Shown here: positions 28,436-43,000 of the stretch, one piece after another
Numbering within the stretch: the stretch's first letter is position 1
How the letters are laid out: every line of letters begins with the position of its first letter
DNA from: Eledone cirrhosa
Taxonomy: Eukaryota
DNA: 64,000 nucleotides
NCBI GenBank assembly: GCA_964016885.1
Contig: OZ024743.1
Span: 73,284,001 to 73,348,000, forward strand
Direction: 5' to 3'
Program-made: the position numbers and the translations under genes
Notes under the pieces: generated by a model
The model's input: the letters and a program-made list of their open reading frames with translations, nothing else
Told to the model about the DNA's origin: nothing
Databases searched by the model: none

Positions 28436-29082
28436 TAGTGATAAAAATAACATGTAAAAAAGTGGTATGAAAAGATGATAGGATAAGTAAAACCATTCAA
28501 AAAAGTGAAAATAATTTGACAGTGTAATAAAATAGGATGAGATGAAACGAAACGAAAGGATAATGGCGACAGTGTAATAAAGTGGGGTAGGATGAATTAA
28601 AGAGATGAAACAACAAAATATAAAATAAATAGATAATGATAACAGATGGGTAATTAGGATTGGGGTATTTTGAAGACTGTTATCTTAAGTAAGGCTGAAG
28701 ATTGATGGTGATGCTGGCTATAGAGGGTGACTGGTGCCGTGTGTGAGGGAAGGGATTGGAAGGGGTGTGTCTATAAAGAAGGAATATTTAATCGCTGAGG
28801 GAGTGTCGGTTGTTCTTGCCTCCGATTGGTCCAAAGTTCATTATTTTGCTTTTTATTGGTAGGTGGTGAAAGTTAAGAAGTGGTGTAGGATGCTTTCGCC
28901 CGTACGTGATTAACTGTTAATCATGGCCGGGTGGTATAAAAGTGGTTCGCTGGCACCAGTATTATAGACGTTTTAAATCCGGGAAGTTGTGTTGTTATAT
29001 GGATAATGAGGTTGCTGTATCGAATCTTTTTTTATCTCATAATTTTATTATCACATAATTTTCAGCAAACAGGGAGAGTAGT

Positions 29083-29129
29083 GAGCTTTGATAAGTACCA
29101 ACAAGTACGAAACAGAGTTCTATCAGCTT
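29083..29129 (+). ncRNA. Hammerhead ribozyme, U3-A8 core variant, with extended stem I
   Basis: gagct-UUGAUAA-gtac/caacaa/gtac-GAAA-cagagttcta-UC-agctt; 29059-29078 can pair with 29131-29150. Confidence 0.75.
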
Positions 29130-29284
29130 ATCTCCCCTGTTTGCTGAAAATTTAAGTAAGTGATATTGTCACTACTTTAAAACAATAGCGTATGGTCTTC
29201 AAAATGCTTTTAATCAAGCATACAGTGTATTGCAGGATACACTATATATACATTCATATATATATCGCTATTTCAGAGCACCAA

Positions 29285-29370
<86 letters not shown>

Positions 29371-29458
29371 GGAAAAAATACAGTAGAAAATGCTGGAGGG
29401 GTTTTTTCAGTATAATATCAAAACATTTATTTATAAAGTAAGGATTTCCGCATTTAAT

Positions 29459-29497
29459 CGTATACGGGTTTCAGCTCTATATGCTTTTTCAACTACG
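29459..29497 (-). ncRNA. Minimal hammerhead, U3-A8 variant
   Basis: Minus strand cgta(g)-UUGAAAA-agc/atataga/gct-GAAA-cccg-UA-tacg. Confidence 0.6.
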
Positions 29498-29629
29498 GAA
29501 GTGTATAGTGCAGTCAAATTTCATATTTATACGAATAATAATAAAATCGAGAAAAATAATTTTTAGATGTTATATACATATTTAGAGAGGAAAGTTCATA
29601 TTTTTGTCCGAAGTTTTCTTTCGTTCTCT

Positions 29630-30630
29630 GTGAACAGAGTGTGCTGTTTTGCCTCCATCAAGTAAAGTAGCAGCAATACCACATGATGCAACAGCCAAAG
29701 CAATTTGCTTTCCCTGCCTTACTTTTGCCAATATGAGATTTATTATGAAGGTTTTACCGGTTCCTCATGGGGGATCCAAAAAATAAAGGCCTCCTTCATT
29801 CTGGTCGATACTTTTTCATAAGCAATTCTTTAATTTTCAATCATCTTTTCTTCATTTTCATTGACATATTGTGTAAGCTTGTTGATGTCATAATTCATCT
29901 CCTTTAATATATCCTGCGCAACAGAGTATGCAACTTTGTCCTCAGGTTCTAATAAACCGCAATCCTTAAGGAACCAGTCAATTTCATTCAGGTAGTTGTT
30001 AATTTCTGAAAGTGTTTCATTATAGAAAGGTGGAGAAAAATCTACATTAATACCAGTGTTTTGAAGTTTGATACTGTGTAATATATCTTCCGACAAGTCT
30101 TTCTTGTACCTTTCCCAGAGCCCCAAGGGATCTGAAATATTGCACGTAGTGAGCATTACATCGAAGAACTGTCAAAGCTTTTTAGGCATTTATGTGGCAG
30201 TTGCCTCTTCCAATGTCTTTTTCCCCATCTTCAAGTAGGCCAAGTAATTTACATGCTTCAGTATACGTTGCACAGGGACTTTCATGTACAATTTTGATAT
30301 TTTCAAATGATGTTAGCCCTCAGTGTGAAGGAGTAACCTCAAATGGAAACATTCCCTATGTCTAGGATGGACTGTGTAAACTATTTCTATTGCACCACTT
30401 ACTTTGATGTCTTGATAGCCATCCACATGATTATCTATCTTTCGACTGCTCCATTTCTTTTTAATCCATGTGTAGAATGTGGGAACCTCATGATAAAGCA
30501 AAGTTTTAACAAAGCCATCTTCTCCACAAAATTTTAAAAAAGCATTGAGCATTGTGTCTGGAGGAGACGCAGCAATCAATTGTGTATTATCTTCAGTGTA
30601 ATATATCTGACCATTTTCCAAATGGACTGC
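29630..30630 (-). mobile_element. Helitron Rep/helicase pseudogene fragment
   Basis: VHLENGQ, LLYHEVPTFYTW, VYTVHP...FHLRLLL, then PIF1 motifs FLDPP*GTGKTF and AVASCGIAATLLDGGKTAHS; stops and frameshifts present. Confidence 0.9.
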
Positions 30631-31019
30631 AATTAATTATTTACTTATTTACTTATTTACTTATAATATAAATTATAATTAATAATTATGGTAAACATTA
30701 GATGAAACAATAATATTATTAAATTATTAAATCATAAGCGTACATTTAACATATTCCTTAAGATACTAATTCTTAGAGTTATCTCCCCAAATATTTTTTT
30801 TGTTTACAATCAAAATTCATATATACGATATATTTCAACTTGCTTACTTAACTGTTTAAATATTATATTACTAACCATATACAATAATAAATTATACCTC
30901 AATACTGTACATTTTTACATTTTTACTTAAAAAATATAATTACATTCACATTCTTAAAATATATGTATAAAATACATATCTATAGTTACTTGATCACTCT
31001 TACGCTCACTTATAAATCT

Positions 31020-31105
<86 letters not shown>

Positions 31106-31833
31106 TTAAATATGATGTATATTCACGCATAATCATTTATGTACTAAATAATTATTTTTTTTAAATTAACGATATATAGTGATGTCTTATAATATACTAC
31201 AATACATTATATTTATAATTACATTTATAATATTAAAATATATGCTAATAAATAGATACACGCGTATATATAATTGTAAATACGATGTATGTTCATCACA
31301 TAACCACATAAATATTATATTGCTGTAATTGTTTTAAAGAATAATAGCTTATAATTTACTACAATACATTATAATTGTCATCTAAATATTACAAATACAT
31401 CCATATTCTTAAAATATATATTAAAAAATAAATATGTATAATTATGTGATTCCTTCTAAACTCATGTATATATCTTTGGGTGTATATATCTATAACTAAC
31501 TCTAAAATAACCCTACAATAATTTTTCTCCCTATAATAACAAACCCAAAAACAATTAAATAAGGATTTTTTTTAATTTATCATACCTCTAAATTTAACGG
31601 TTATTTTTTCAGGTTTAACGTATCCTCATTAACATATCCTTGAGTTTTGAATTTTTCAATCACTATCTTCATTGGGCTTATACCATTAAGTACACATGAA
31701 GATATGTCACTATCTTAACACCAAATATTAGAGTGCTTCTAATCTGTTGTAAAATTAACTTTGTTGAATAATCAACAAACCATATAACTCATTGTTTATC
31801 TATATACAGAGAGAGGGGAGGGAGAGAATTCTA

Positions 31834-31908
<75 letters not shown>

Positions 31909-33135
31909 TGTAATAAACAACATAAAATAATTATTTCATTTACCAGTGGTTTCTTGAAGGCAGATGTTATGTCTGTCTTCAGTCGTCAGAATGAATAAAT
32001 AACATGGTGTTTTTATTAAATATGGATTTGAAAACAAAATTTAGGAAATATATAAGTGAGGCTGAAAAGACGGGCAAAAAGGAATTAGGGGAAAAAATAT
32101 ATAAATATATATCCAGAACATAAACATACACGCACGCAACCACGCGCATGTACGTAGACGTATACATTCTCACATAAGCGTATATAACTAATAAGCTCTG
32201 TAGCCTACATAGAGCACTCTTTTATCCTGTATCTTTCCGACGGAAATACGCCATATATATATATATATATATAATTTTTTTATATTTCTGTAATGGCTCT
32301 TGGTGCACGGCTCTCCCCAAATAACTGACTTTGGAACTGTTTTTCATCTCATCTCATTCCGGAATTTTGTCAAAAGTAGTTATCCTTGAATATAAAATAT
32401 TCAAACTTTTATTCCTTTTCTAATTAAACGGTCAGATAGTTAGTCTGAATAACGATCCAAGCACAACTTTATGGTTTCTATTCCATAATCGGGAAAATGA
32501 TTTTATATAAAATTACTACATCAAAGGATACAATAAATATTTTTTCGTTGATCGTTTCCTGACGTTGATTTAAATTACCACTTATAACATATTTAATACG
32601 TTTAAGAAATTGTTTTAGTAAGATGTCTAAAAGGTTACTGGGATGGTGAGCTTCCCATTCTGGACTAGATACTACTGGGATTTATTATATAATGTCTTTG
32701 TAAAACATAAACATAATTTTGTAGATTCTTTGCAAGTTATACTTTACTATTTTATTTTTGTGAAATTTTGATAAGCCTTAGAAAAAGAAATCTAGTTTTA
32801 CATTGAAAATTCATTACATATTCCCTAACAATGTACTGTGTTTCATTAGATTCAGTTAATTTTAGATGTATTTTACATTAGTATAGTGCGTATTTTTTCT
32901 AGAATGGATAAATCAAGGATAGGTTTATTAAATTGATTTGTTCTTCCATGACCTTCATTGAGAGTCCAGTATGTGTCACATGACTAATGTTAACCAGTTG
33001 GCAGTGAGAAATATAAATAGAAGGACCTGCATGAATTCACTATTTCCTAACTTTTATTAAATTTGCAAACGAATTCAAAATGATTGTAAACATTTTTCAC
33101 TAAGCTACTATTGTAGGGAGACACATGTTCTATAA

Positions 33136-34487
33136 CACCGTGTAACATATTTTTTGTTCCCCGGTTCTAAGTATCATTTGTTATATCCCATTATTATTTA
33201 AAAAAACACTATTATTTAATCAGAAGTTTGGGTTTGTGATCAGAAGTTTGATATTTCGAAATATTCATATTTTTCAAGAAAAAACACATTTTTTTTTAGT
33301 TTATCAGTTCATATAATTAAATCAACAGAGTATATATTTATTTTATTACACAAGCTTATCAAAAGCAAACAAGTAAAAACAAATAACACTTATAAAGCAA
33401 CTTATACACGTCAGAAATGATTGGATTTCCTGGATTTGCGGTTGTAGTCCAGGTCGCATTTCCGCACTAGCCCCCAGATATAGTCCCCCGTCATTTTTTC
33501 ATTGTGCTGGCCCTGGTACCTCCGCTCTAGCTCTTTCACATCTTGGTAGAATCGTTCGCCTTGTTCTTCTGAGTAGGCACCCATATTGTCCTTTAATTTG
33601 TTCAAGTGAGCGTCCAGCATATGAAGTTTAAGCGACATCCTGCATCCCATGGCGTCAAAAGCCTTTATCGGATCCTGTACCAGTTGCTGGTAGTTTTCAG
33701 CTCTGTAGTTGCCGAGGAAGACCTTAATAACTGCCTTGAAACAGTTCCATGCTGTTCTCTCAATCCTATTGAGCTTATTGGAGAACTCGGTAGACTCAAA
33801 CACCTTCTTTATCTGAGGTCCAACATAAATTCCACCTTTGATTTTGGCCTCAGACACTGTAGTAATCTTCCTTCAGGCGGACTGAATGAGCTAGGGGCAG
33901 TGTCAGGAACTTGTTTCCATTGTGGAGGAGGACAGGCTTCAAGCTTGTGGTGGAGCTGTCTATAAATAGCCGCCACTCCTTGGGCACAAACGTCAAACAG
34001 TCCAGGCACGTCATGGCAGAAGCAGAGGCCATCCCTAAGAGTGTAAAAGCCTGAGAAAGGTTCGTGTCGACTTCTCTGACTTGTCACCTGCAGTTCCTCC
34101 TTGACCAAGTTCCACTGCTTCATCCTGGAGACGAATGCTTAAAACACAACTTACCCTTTATTCAGGGTGCGAAAATCCAGTATCAATAAATCTCTTTAAT
34201 CCACTTTATTGCACTTTTATAATTTTCTTTAGGTATTACTCTTTATTTTATAATTTTAATTCAACCTGAAACATATATTTAAAAAGTCATTTAACATAAG
34301 CAAATTAAACTTACATACAACGTAAAATCCAGCATACAAATAATTCTAGTGAATAGCTTAGAATTTTTACAAACCCCAACTTTTAACTGTTTAATAGCAC
34401 TTTTTTATTTATTTGGGACCTAAGCAACACAAAAAAAGTGATTACAAGCCAGGAACAGAGGAAAAAATTGTTTTTTGTTACACGGTG
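33136..34487 (-). mobile_element. Internally deleted Chapaev3-type (CMC) DNA transposon
   Basis: TIRs CACCGTGTAACA / TGTTACACGGTG; 3-bp TSD TAA; frameshifted transposase with EWRLFIDSS, VLLHNGN, MSLKLH and SEEQGERFYQD (33411-34130). Confidence 0.85.
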
Positions 34488-35114
34488 TAATGGATTAAGC
34501 TTTTATATTTCAAATATATTTGGATTGTGATATGATATGGGATATTTCTGGATGTCTGAATATGTAAATATATTGCAAAGATCTCATTATTGTGGTATAT
34601 TCAACACAAGTTATACAATGTTTATTTCATTACTATCCGCAAGCGAATCTTTAAGCACGATAGATTAATGTTATAGAAAGGCGAATATCATTAATATTAC
34701 TTTTATTAGCTGTTGTTTTTTTGTGTAAACTTGCTAAATTGATCAATTATTGAAAAAGCGGATCGTTTATCCCAATCTTGTATAACAGACATTATTACAT
34801 AAACAGTCGTTATTTACGTTGTTGATTCCTGAATGTGGATTGAATATATTCTCATTCCACATTGCTGATTATTAGAACCATATTTCCATACAAATTTCGA
34901 CAATTTTTCATGCTATGTTATGAAATATATAGTAATAATTATACACATAAGTATGACCATTTGGAGGCGAAGCAAGTAAAATTATAGGGTATATAAATAA
35001 CATTTTATATACACGGATAGATAAATTATATATGTATATATATCGAACAATAGACAAGTATATTTATCATAACCATACGAATATATTACGTTTATGTGGG
35101 ATCCCTATATAAAT

Positions 35115-35300
35115 TAATTGTTACTACTTTAGGCACAAGGCCAGCAATTACCCAGTGCATTACTGGTACATTATTTTATCGACCCCGTAAGGATGAAAGG
35201 CTAAGTCAACCTCGGCGGGATTTGAACTCAGATCGTAAAGGGACGTAACTATGCTGGAAAGCATGGCGTCCGACCCTCTACCGATACTGCCAATCCACCA
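35115..35300 (-). mobile_element. tRNA-derived SINE, full length
   Basis: A/B boxes and core present; ccctatataaattaat flanks both sides (~35103-35118 and 35301-35316), consistent with a TSD. Confidence 0.9.
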
Positions 35301-35334
35301 CCCTATATAAATTAATGTGCGTTTGAGCGTCTAC

Positions 35335-36283
<949 letters not shown>

Positions 36284-36353
36284 GTTATTCCGGGTTGAAT
36301 CGGAGGTAACCACAGTAAGTAAGGTACTCAATACTTTGCAGAGTATAAAAGTT

Positions 36354-36467
36354 TTAATATAGATGAGATTCTACAGGACTAGAACTGTTTCATTCTTTAG
36401 AAATCATCAGATTCCTGATGATTTCTAAAGAATGAAACAGTTCTAGTCCTGTAGAATCTCATCTATA

Positions 36468-36471
<4 letters not shown>
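36354..36471. repeat. Perfect palindrome with a hammerhead core in each arm
   Basis: 57-bp arms, 4-nt spacer attc directly 5' of CUGAUGA-tttc/taaa/gaat-GAAA-cag-UU; diverged relative at ~23525-23635. Confidence 0.85.
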
Positions 36472-36512
<41 letters not shown>

Positions 36513-36533
36513 CGCTCTCTCTCTCTCTCTCTC

Positions 36534-36579
<46 letters not shown>

Positions 36580-36660
36580 TACTACCAAATCAACTTTTCA
36601 AATGCAAGTCGAAGTTGAAAGGTATGTCGAATCTATTTATTTATAAGACTGTTTATATTG

Positions 36661-36726
36661 TATTTTGTCTGAAGAAGGCATAACATATTTTTAATATGTT
36701 ATCCCTGAAATATATATAATGAAATA
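36661..36726 (+). ncRNA. Type I hammerhead ribozyme
   Basis: tattttgt-CUGAAGA-agg(c)ataacatatt/aatatgttat(c)cct-GAAA-tatata-UA-atgaaata. Confidence 0.8.
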
Positions 36727-36856
36727 AATATGGTTTTATAAATATAATTTCCATTTATTTAATATCGTAAATATACTCCAAATACTTGTTGAGTGCTTTT
36801 ATATCAGTTATAAATATTTACTCGTTGTAACCCAACAATTTAAATATAACTTTCCA

Positions 36857-36917
<61 letters not shown>

Positions 36918-37346
36918 CGGTGTGTGGGGTGGGGTAGGGGTTAAATATACGCTGACTTACACAAATATGTATATATAGAGAGAAGTTGGGGGAGAAGAAA
37001 GTATTCTTTTACTCTCATTCACTACATTTCAACAATAGAAAAGTGGTTTGAAATTCTCTGCAGCAGATGGTAAATAAATCGCATACCCCCTTTCAAAAAT
37101 CAGCTGCTTTTTATCTCTAAATAGAATATAATCATCCTGTTTACATTTAATGCTTGATATATCAACCGATGGTCATGGAACATTTCATTTTTAAAGACGA
37201 TTTCTTAAAGACGATGTTTCACATGACGAAACGGAGAATATAACCACCAACCGTTATGTTTCCTTAACGAACATAGAATACGCTTCACTTAACACCGATA
37301 GAATGTGTTTTGGCTGCATATCCTTGTATACACACATACACATACT

Positions 37347-37382
<36 letters not shown>

Positions 37383-37523
37383 GAAATAGAATTTCGCTTC
37401 AAGCATAGCTTTATACAATATGTATACATATTTCGTATCTCCAAGAAAATACGGGTAACTCAGGCTATCATGAGTGCAATATCAGTAATATGATAAATGT
37501 ATATATATGTGTGTTGGTCTGTC

Positions 37524-37569
<46 letters not shown>

Positions 37570-37744
37570 TGTGTGTGGGGGGGGGGTGTTTAAAAGAATA
37601 TATACACGCCTGTATGTGGGTTGAGGTTCAGTTTCACTGTGTATCATGTTCGTGAGAGAAATTTAACAATTTGGTAGTTGGAAACTGCGAAGGCCCGTTG
37701 TATGCCTGGGTCTACGTTTACTGTTTCTGTACCATTACCTAAGA

Positions 37745-38098
37745 CAGATGTTCTCAAAGTGGGCGCACCGGCCACACCCTTGCAGAGTGTGGTTGAGAAA
37801 ACCCAGGGGGCGCTGGTTCCTAAGGGGCCGGTGAGGAGGAGGGCTTTAGAGATAATATAATAGTATATTAAATATCAAATGATACATATTATATATAAAT
37901 ATAGTAAAATAAAAAAGATTTAATATTTATTTATACATAGTATATGTTATATTATTTATTATATATAAATTAAGAATTTTATTTATTATGCATTATTTAC
38001 AATTTGCGTATAGACAAGTCTCTCTGGAAATAGGAGTGGAGGCTGAGGGTATTACGTGGCTATGGGGTGGGGGTGGCCCAAACGTTTGAGATCCTCTG
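37745..38098. mobile_element. Old hAT-like MITE
   Basis: Imperfect TIRs CAGATGTTCTCAAA / TTTGAGATCCTCTG; flanking 8-mers match only 5/8. Confidence 0.5.
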
Positions 38099-38374
38099 AT
38101 CTAGGGGTTTGAAAAGAGAAATCGATAAAAAAATCCGCTAGATTTGAAACAAGTCTTAAGATCGATAAGACCCGTCAGGTGGGTGGCACAGCAGAACTGC
38201 AGTCTAATGGCTGGGACCAGTACAATGATAAAATGATATCTAATGTTTCTGTTTAACACAGAACTGAAACACAAATATAAGATTGTATACTAAATATATA
38301 TATATATTAGTTATATATTTACTAAATATATATCACTCAATACGGAACTTAATTTACTAAGCACACACACATTA

Positions 38375-38469
<95 letters not shown>

Positions 38470-38680
38470 TATGTGTGTATATATATATATATATATTTAC
38501 ATGCATACAGAGTGGATATAACACTCGTTCTTAACCAAAATCTCAGAACTCTCGATGTATTAATTGTTTTTTGTATATATATATATATATATATACATTA
38601 CAAATAGTAGGAGTTTAAAGATATATTTCTCAACTAGGAACTTATTTTACTAAGCACACACACATTAATACACATATATA

Positions 38681-38721
<41 letters not shown>

Positions 38722-39229
38722 ATATATATATATATATAATTATATATACATGCATACATATATATGTGTGTGTGTGTGTATGTATGTATATAATATGTTA
38801 TATTATATTATATTACATTATATTCTTTATCAAATTATTAAAATGGTACAATTATATGAATTGTATTACTTAAATCAAATTATAACAAATTGATATTTAT
38901 ATTATCGAATATGTTTCAGATTATTAAAAGTTAAATTTATATGAATTATGTGAATTGTATTACTTAAAATAAATTAAATCAAATTCATAGTTGTGTTATG
39001 AAATATATTTTAAATTATTAAATTGATATTTGTCCTCTCCGGCTACTCCCAAGTTTATTGGCAACGTATGTGAAATGATATAACTTTAAATAAGATATCA
39101 ATTTTAAATTGCATTAATCAGTCGTCATCCCACGTTTATAAATTATTATTATAGGACACAAAATCTCTATTCTGATATATATATATATATATCAGAATAG
39201 AGATGTTGTGTCCTATAATAATGATTATG

Positions 39230-39287
<58 letters not shown>

Positions 39288-39546
39288 TTTCTTTATTAAC
39301 CACAAGGGTTTACATAAAGTAGACATTAAGGACAGTGCAGGACAATGCAGGACGGTACAAATGGGCATTTCTGCGTGTAAAAAACAAAAACAGAGGATGT
39401 AACAAAAATAACAATGAAAATAACAATGAAAAATTCCCCAATAGGGGGGAGACTTCGGAGGGACATTTGTGGTGAAAGCCCAGTAAAAAGCCACAATGAC
39501 CCTGACCACCTAGGCAAGTGCCCTCTCCCAGTTTTCCACCTTTAAT

Positions 39547-42500
39547 TTACAGATATATACTCAGAGTAGGCCCATTCACTCGGGCCATTCTTGCTTCTCT
39601 CACCCATCTTTCAACAAAATGCTGGGAAGAGAGCACTTCCCTCTCTACTCTGATTTTCCTTTTCAAATGAAATTTGAAAAAGTCAATCAGAGCATCACCG
39701 AAGAGGTAAGTGCTCGTCTTCAGCCCTTTCAAACGTGTCCACCATACTATCTCTTTCACCATGGCCACCAGGCAGATAAAAACTGCCTGCCCTTCCCGGC
39801 TAAAGGAGGAGGGCGGGGCAATCCTCACGATAGACTCAGATGATAGCTGGATCCGTCCTAAACGCGACAGCAGGTGTTCGACATAAACCCACAAGTCAGC
39901 AATTTTCGGACACTGGACGAGTGCGTGCAGGACGGTTTCGTCGCCCTGCGCGCATCTCGGACATGCCCGGCTGACGGCACCTCCATGCCTGTAGAGTTTA
40001 TCCCGAACTGGCAAGGCTCCTCGGTAGCACTGCCAGGCCAGAGATTTCTGGAAGTTGTCCATAGGCCCTGGCCCGAAAGTTCTTCCGAAGAGATTGGCTA
40101 GTTGATTTTCGTCGACGCCTAGAGTTTCCCCAAGTACGTCGTCGCTCTTCCCCTCCACTAATCCTCTATAGAACGCCGAGGTGGAGTTTCCACCGATCAC
40201 ATTGCCCGATTGGTCGAGGGCTGTGAGCGCCTGAAGACATTCCAGTCTCCAGGCGCTCCCTCTCGGTCTTCGCTTGACCCAGGACTGCAGCTCCGTCAAG
40301 GAAACGAGCTGGGGAAAAACGCGTCTAGCAAACGGCGACCACACCTGATCACCGTCGAGGAAGAGGTGGAGATGTCGTAGCCTGAGCGCGTGCCTGCGCA
40401 TCATCAGCCACGGCATGCCCAGCCCTCCACGTAGCGGGTGTTGACAACAGATGGACCGCCTGACCATCGGAGCACGTCCCTTCCACAAAAAGCGAAAGAG
40501 CAAACGCTCCAGCGCAGTCAGGCGAGGCTTAGGACAAGGTACGACGGTTAGGCGGTAGCAGATGACAGACGCGATGTACGCGTTAGCCACCTCCGCTCGA
40601 CCTTTCAGGGATAGCTTCCTCTCCGCCCATTTCTGGGTGAGAGAAGCCACCCTGCTCGTCACCTCGTCCCAGTTTTTGTCCGTCTGGAGGTCCGGACCGA
40701 ACCAGACCCCTAGCAATTTAACCGGTCCGTCCGTCCAGCGCCCGACGACGCTGTTGGACGGCATGGACCTGCCTCTCCAGGTGCCGAGCTGCAGGCCCAC
40801 TGACTTTTCCTGGTTGATCATTGCTCCTGTCACCGCTTCGTATTCTCTTAGTGTAGTGCCGATCGCCTCGATGTGTTTGGCGTTCGACACCACTACGGTG
40901 ACATCGTCCGCATATGCTGACACGGATCTTCCGCATCCTAGTTCGCGCGGGACTCCCCTCAACGTCTCCAGTTTGTGCAGTAATGGCTCGAGAGTCAATA
41001 CGTACAAGAGGGACGAGAGGGGACATCCTTGGCGGACCGAGCGCATGATGTTGAACGGTTCCGACAGGTGACCGTTCACTCTCACCACAGAGCAGATGTC
41101 GCTGTGCATGGCAGCGATCCAGCCTCTGAAGACGGGCCCAAAGCCAGCCGCCCTCAGGACTGCCGCTAGGTAACGATGGTCGACCCTATCGAAAGCTTTC
41201 GACTGATCTAAATTGATCAAGGACCCACCCGTGCCAGGTTCCCTAGCTACCCTCTCTACGATGTATCGCATGAGGTGGAGGTTGTCGTGGATGGATCTGT
41301 CGGGAATGGCGCATGTCTGCGCCTCTCCCACCAGACCACCAACGACAAGCGCCAACCTCTTTGCTAGCACCTTGGCCAAAATCTTAAACTCTGTGTTTAG
41401 CAGAGTTATGGGCCGGAAATTGTCTATGTTATCCCCCTTGTTCGGATCCTTTCTCAGCAGTGCCACCGCTCCTCGGCTCACAGAACTGGGAATTCTCCCG
41501 TTCTGTTGCCAGTTGCAGTAGACGTCCGCCAAGAGGCCTCCGAACAAGTCTGGCATCTGTACGTAAAGTTCATAGGGCAGACCATCCAAACCAGGCGATT
41601 TACCCCTTGTGCAGCCAGTCATTGCCTCCCGTACTTCAGCGGCTGTTATCGGCTTTTCGCAACACTTCGCCTCAGTGGCCGAGAGCCGCGGCAGTCCGTC
41701 GAGGTAGACACTAAAGTCCATCCCTCTACCCGGCCCCCCGCTGCCCCCGAACAGCTGAGCGAAGTGTCGCTGAAAAGCTTCACACATTTGCCCGGGATCG
41801 AGTAGCATGCGCCCGTCGTGGTCCACCAAAGACCGGATCGTGGCTTTGTTGCCACGACGCGCCTCCGCCACTCGGGCCCATTGAACGGCTTTCGTCCCCT
41901 CGTGTCTGAGAGCACGCACCCTAGCTCTGACAACGCAGCCTTCGTGCTTTGCATTGAAGAATTGGTCAAGGGCCAATTTCGCCGCAAGCACGTCGGTCGC
42001 AATGCCTTTGCTAAGCGCCTCGTCTAATTTTCTAACTAGTTCTCCCTCTGCTCTATTTTTCTCTATTGCTAAAGCCTTACTAAACCTAATCGATTCTATT
42101 CTAATCGCTCTTTTCAGAGCAAACCACCACTTGTTGTTGACGATGGCCCCCGTCAACGCCCGCTTAACTAGTTCGCTAATCCGGTCTCTGTAGGCCTTGC
42201 GCGCTGGTAAGGACGCGTTTAGCTTCCAGTAGCCGGGTCCTCGTCTATGAAGCCTATCTAAGTCAAGCACACAGATCACGAATTTGTGGTCCGTGTAGCT
42301 GACTATCTTGAATTGTGGACAGCCTATGCTAGACCTATCTATTTCCCTACAAAATACTCTATCTAGATATGATCTGGATGACCCTATGCGGTTTGTCCAA
42401 GTCCACATTGGCACATTCGGGAAATCCAATCGGTACCTGTCAGACAGTTCAAAACGCCTGAGCAGGTTGGTGAGGCTCTTGCACCCTCCACCCCTATCCG

Positions 42501-42966
42501 CTAATCCCACACAGTCCCAGCGTGCATCTAAGATCCCGTTCCAGTCGCCCACTAACACTAAAGAGCGGGACGTTCCAAGAAAGGTCTCCAGACGCCGGAA
42601 GAAATCAGGCCGCCCTGCTCCTGTCGGGGCATAGACGGCCACTAGCCTGAAAGCTTGCCCGTCTCCGCTGGTCACGTCCAGCACCACCAGCTTACCCTCT
42701 GGGTCCAGGAAGATGGCCCGTATGGCGAGATCCAAACCTCTCCGAAAAAGCACAGCAACTCCTCCACCCGATCCAGGACGGCTGGGAGATGCGTACACAT
42801 CGTAGCCGCCGAAGATCGGTGCGAAGGCCCGTGCTTCGGAGATTCTGGTCTCGCTGATGGCCACTACATCTATGTTTAGTGACCTGAGGTCGTTGAGCAG
42901 GTGACCCTGCTTCCATGACGACCCCAAGCCACGCGCATTTATGCTGCCTATTCTGAGTGAGGTCAT
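39547..42966 (-). CDS. ORF2: APE endonuclease, reverse transcriptase and C-terminal CCHC (Tx1-like)
   Basis: SINARGL, ISET, VYAP, GDWN, YLD, TDH; KSPGLDGL, FRPITLLN, KAFDRVDH, QGCPLS, SAYADD; CPRC...ETVLHALVQC; 1139 aa uninterrupted. Confidence 0.97.
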   Translation of the reverse strand: MTSLRIGSINARGLGSSWKQGHLLNDLRSLNIDVVAISETRISEARAFAPIFGGYDVYASPSRPGSGGGVAVLFRRGLDLAIRAIFLDPEGKLVVLDVTSGDGQAFRLVAVYAPTGAGRPDFFRRLETFLGTSRSLVLVGDWNGILDARWDCVGLADRGGGCKSLTNLLRRFELSDRYRLDFPNVPMWTWTNRIGSSRSYLDRVFCREIDRSSIGCPQFKIVSYTDHKFVICVLDLDRLHRRGPGYWKLNASLPARKAYRDRISELVKRALTGAIVNNKWWFALKRAIRIESIRFSKALAIEKNRAEGELVRKLDEALSKGIATDVLAAKLALDQFFNAKHEGCVVRARVRALRHEGTKAVQWARVAEARRGNKATIRSLVDHDGRMLLDPGQMCEAFQRHFAQLFGGSGGPGRGMDFSVYLDGLPRLSATEAKCCEKPITAAEVREAMTGCTRGKSPGLDGLPYELYVQMPDLFGGLLADVYCNWQQNGRIPSSVSRGAVALLRKDPNKGDNIDNFRPITLLNTEFKILAKVLAKRLALVVGGLVGEAQTCAIPDRSIHDNLHLMRYIVERVAREPGTGGSLINLDQSKAFDRVDHRYLAAVLRAAGFGPVFRGWIAAMHSDICSVVRVNGHLSEPFNIMRSVRQGCPLSSLLYVLTLEPLLHKLETLRGVPRELGCGRSVSAYADDVTVVVSNAKHIEAIGTTLREYEAVTGAMINQEKSVGLQLGTWRGRSMPSNSVVGRWTDGPVKLLGVWFGPDLQTDKNWDEVTSRVASLTQKWAERKLSLKGRAEVANAYIASVICYRLTVVPCPKPRLTALERLLFRFLWKGRAPMVRRSICCQHPLRGGLGMPWLMMRRHALRLRHLHLFLDGDQVWSPFARRVFPQLVSLTELQSWVKRRPRGSAWRLECLQALTALDQSGNVIGGNSTSAFYRGLVEGKSDDVLGETLGVDENQLANLFGRTFGPGPMDNFQKSLAWQCYRGALPVRDKLYRHGGAVSRACPRCAQGDETVLHALVQCPKIADLWVYVEHLLSRLGRIQLSSESIVRIAPPSSFSREGQAVFICLVAMVKEIVWWTRLKGLKTSTYLFGDALIDFFKFHLKRKIRVEREVLSSQHFVERWVREARMARVNGPTLSIYL

Positions 42967-43000
42967 GTTTAAATAGAGTGGAAAAGATGGGAAAGACCAC

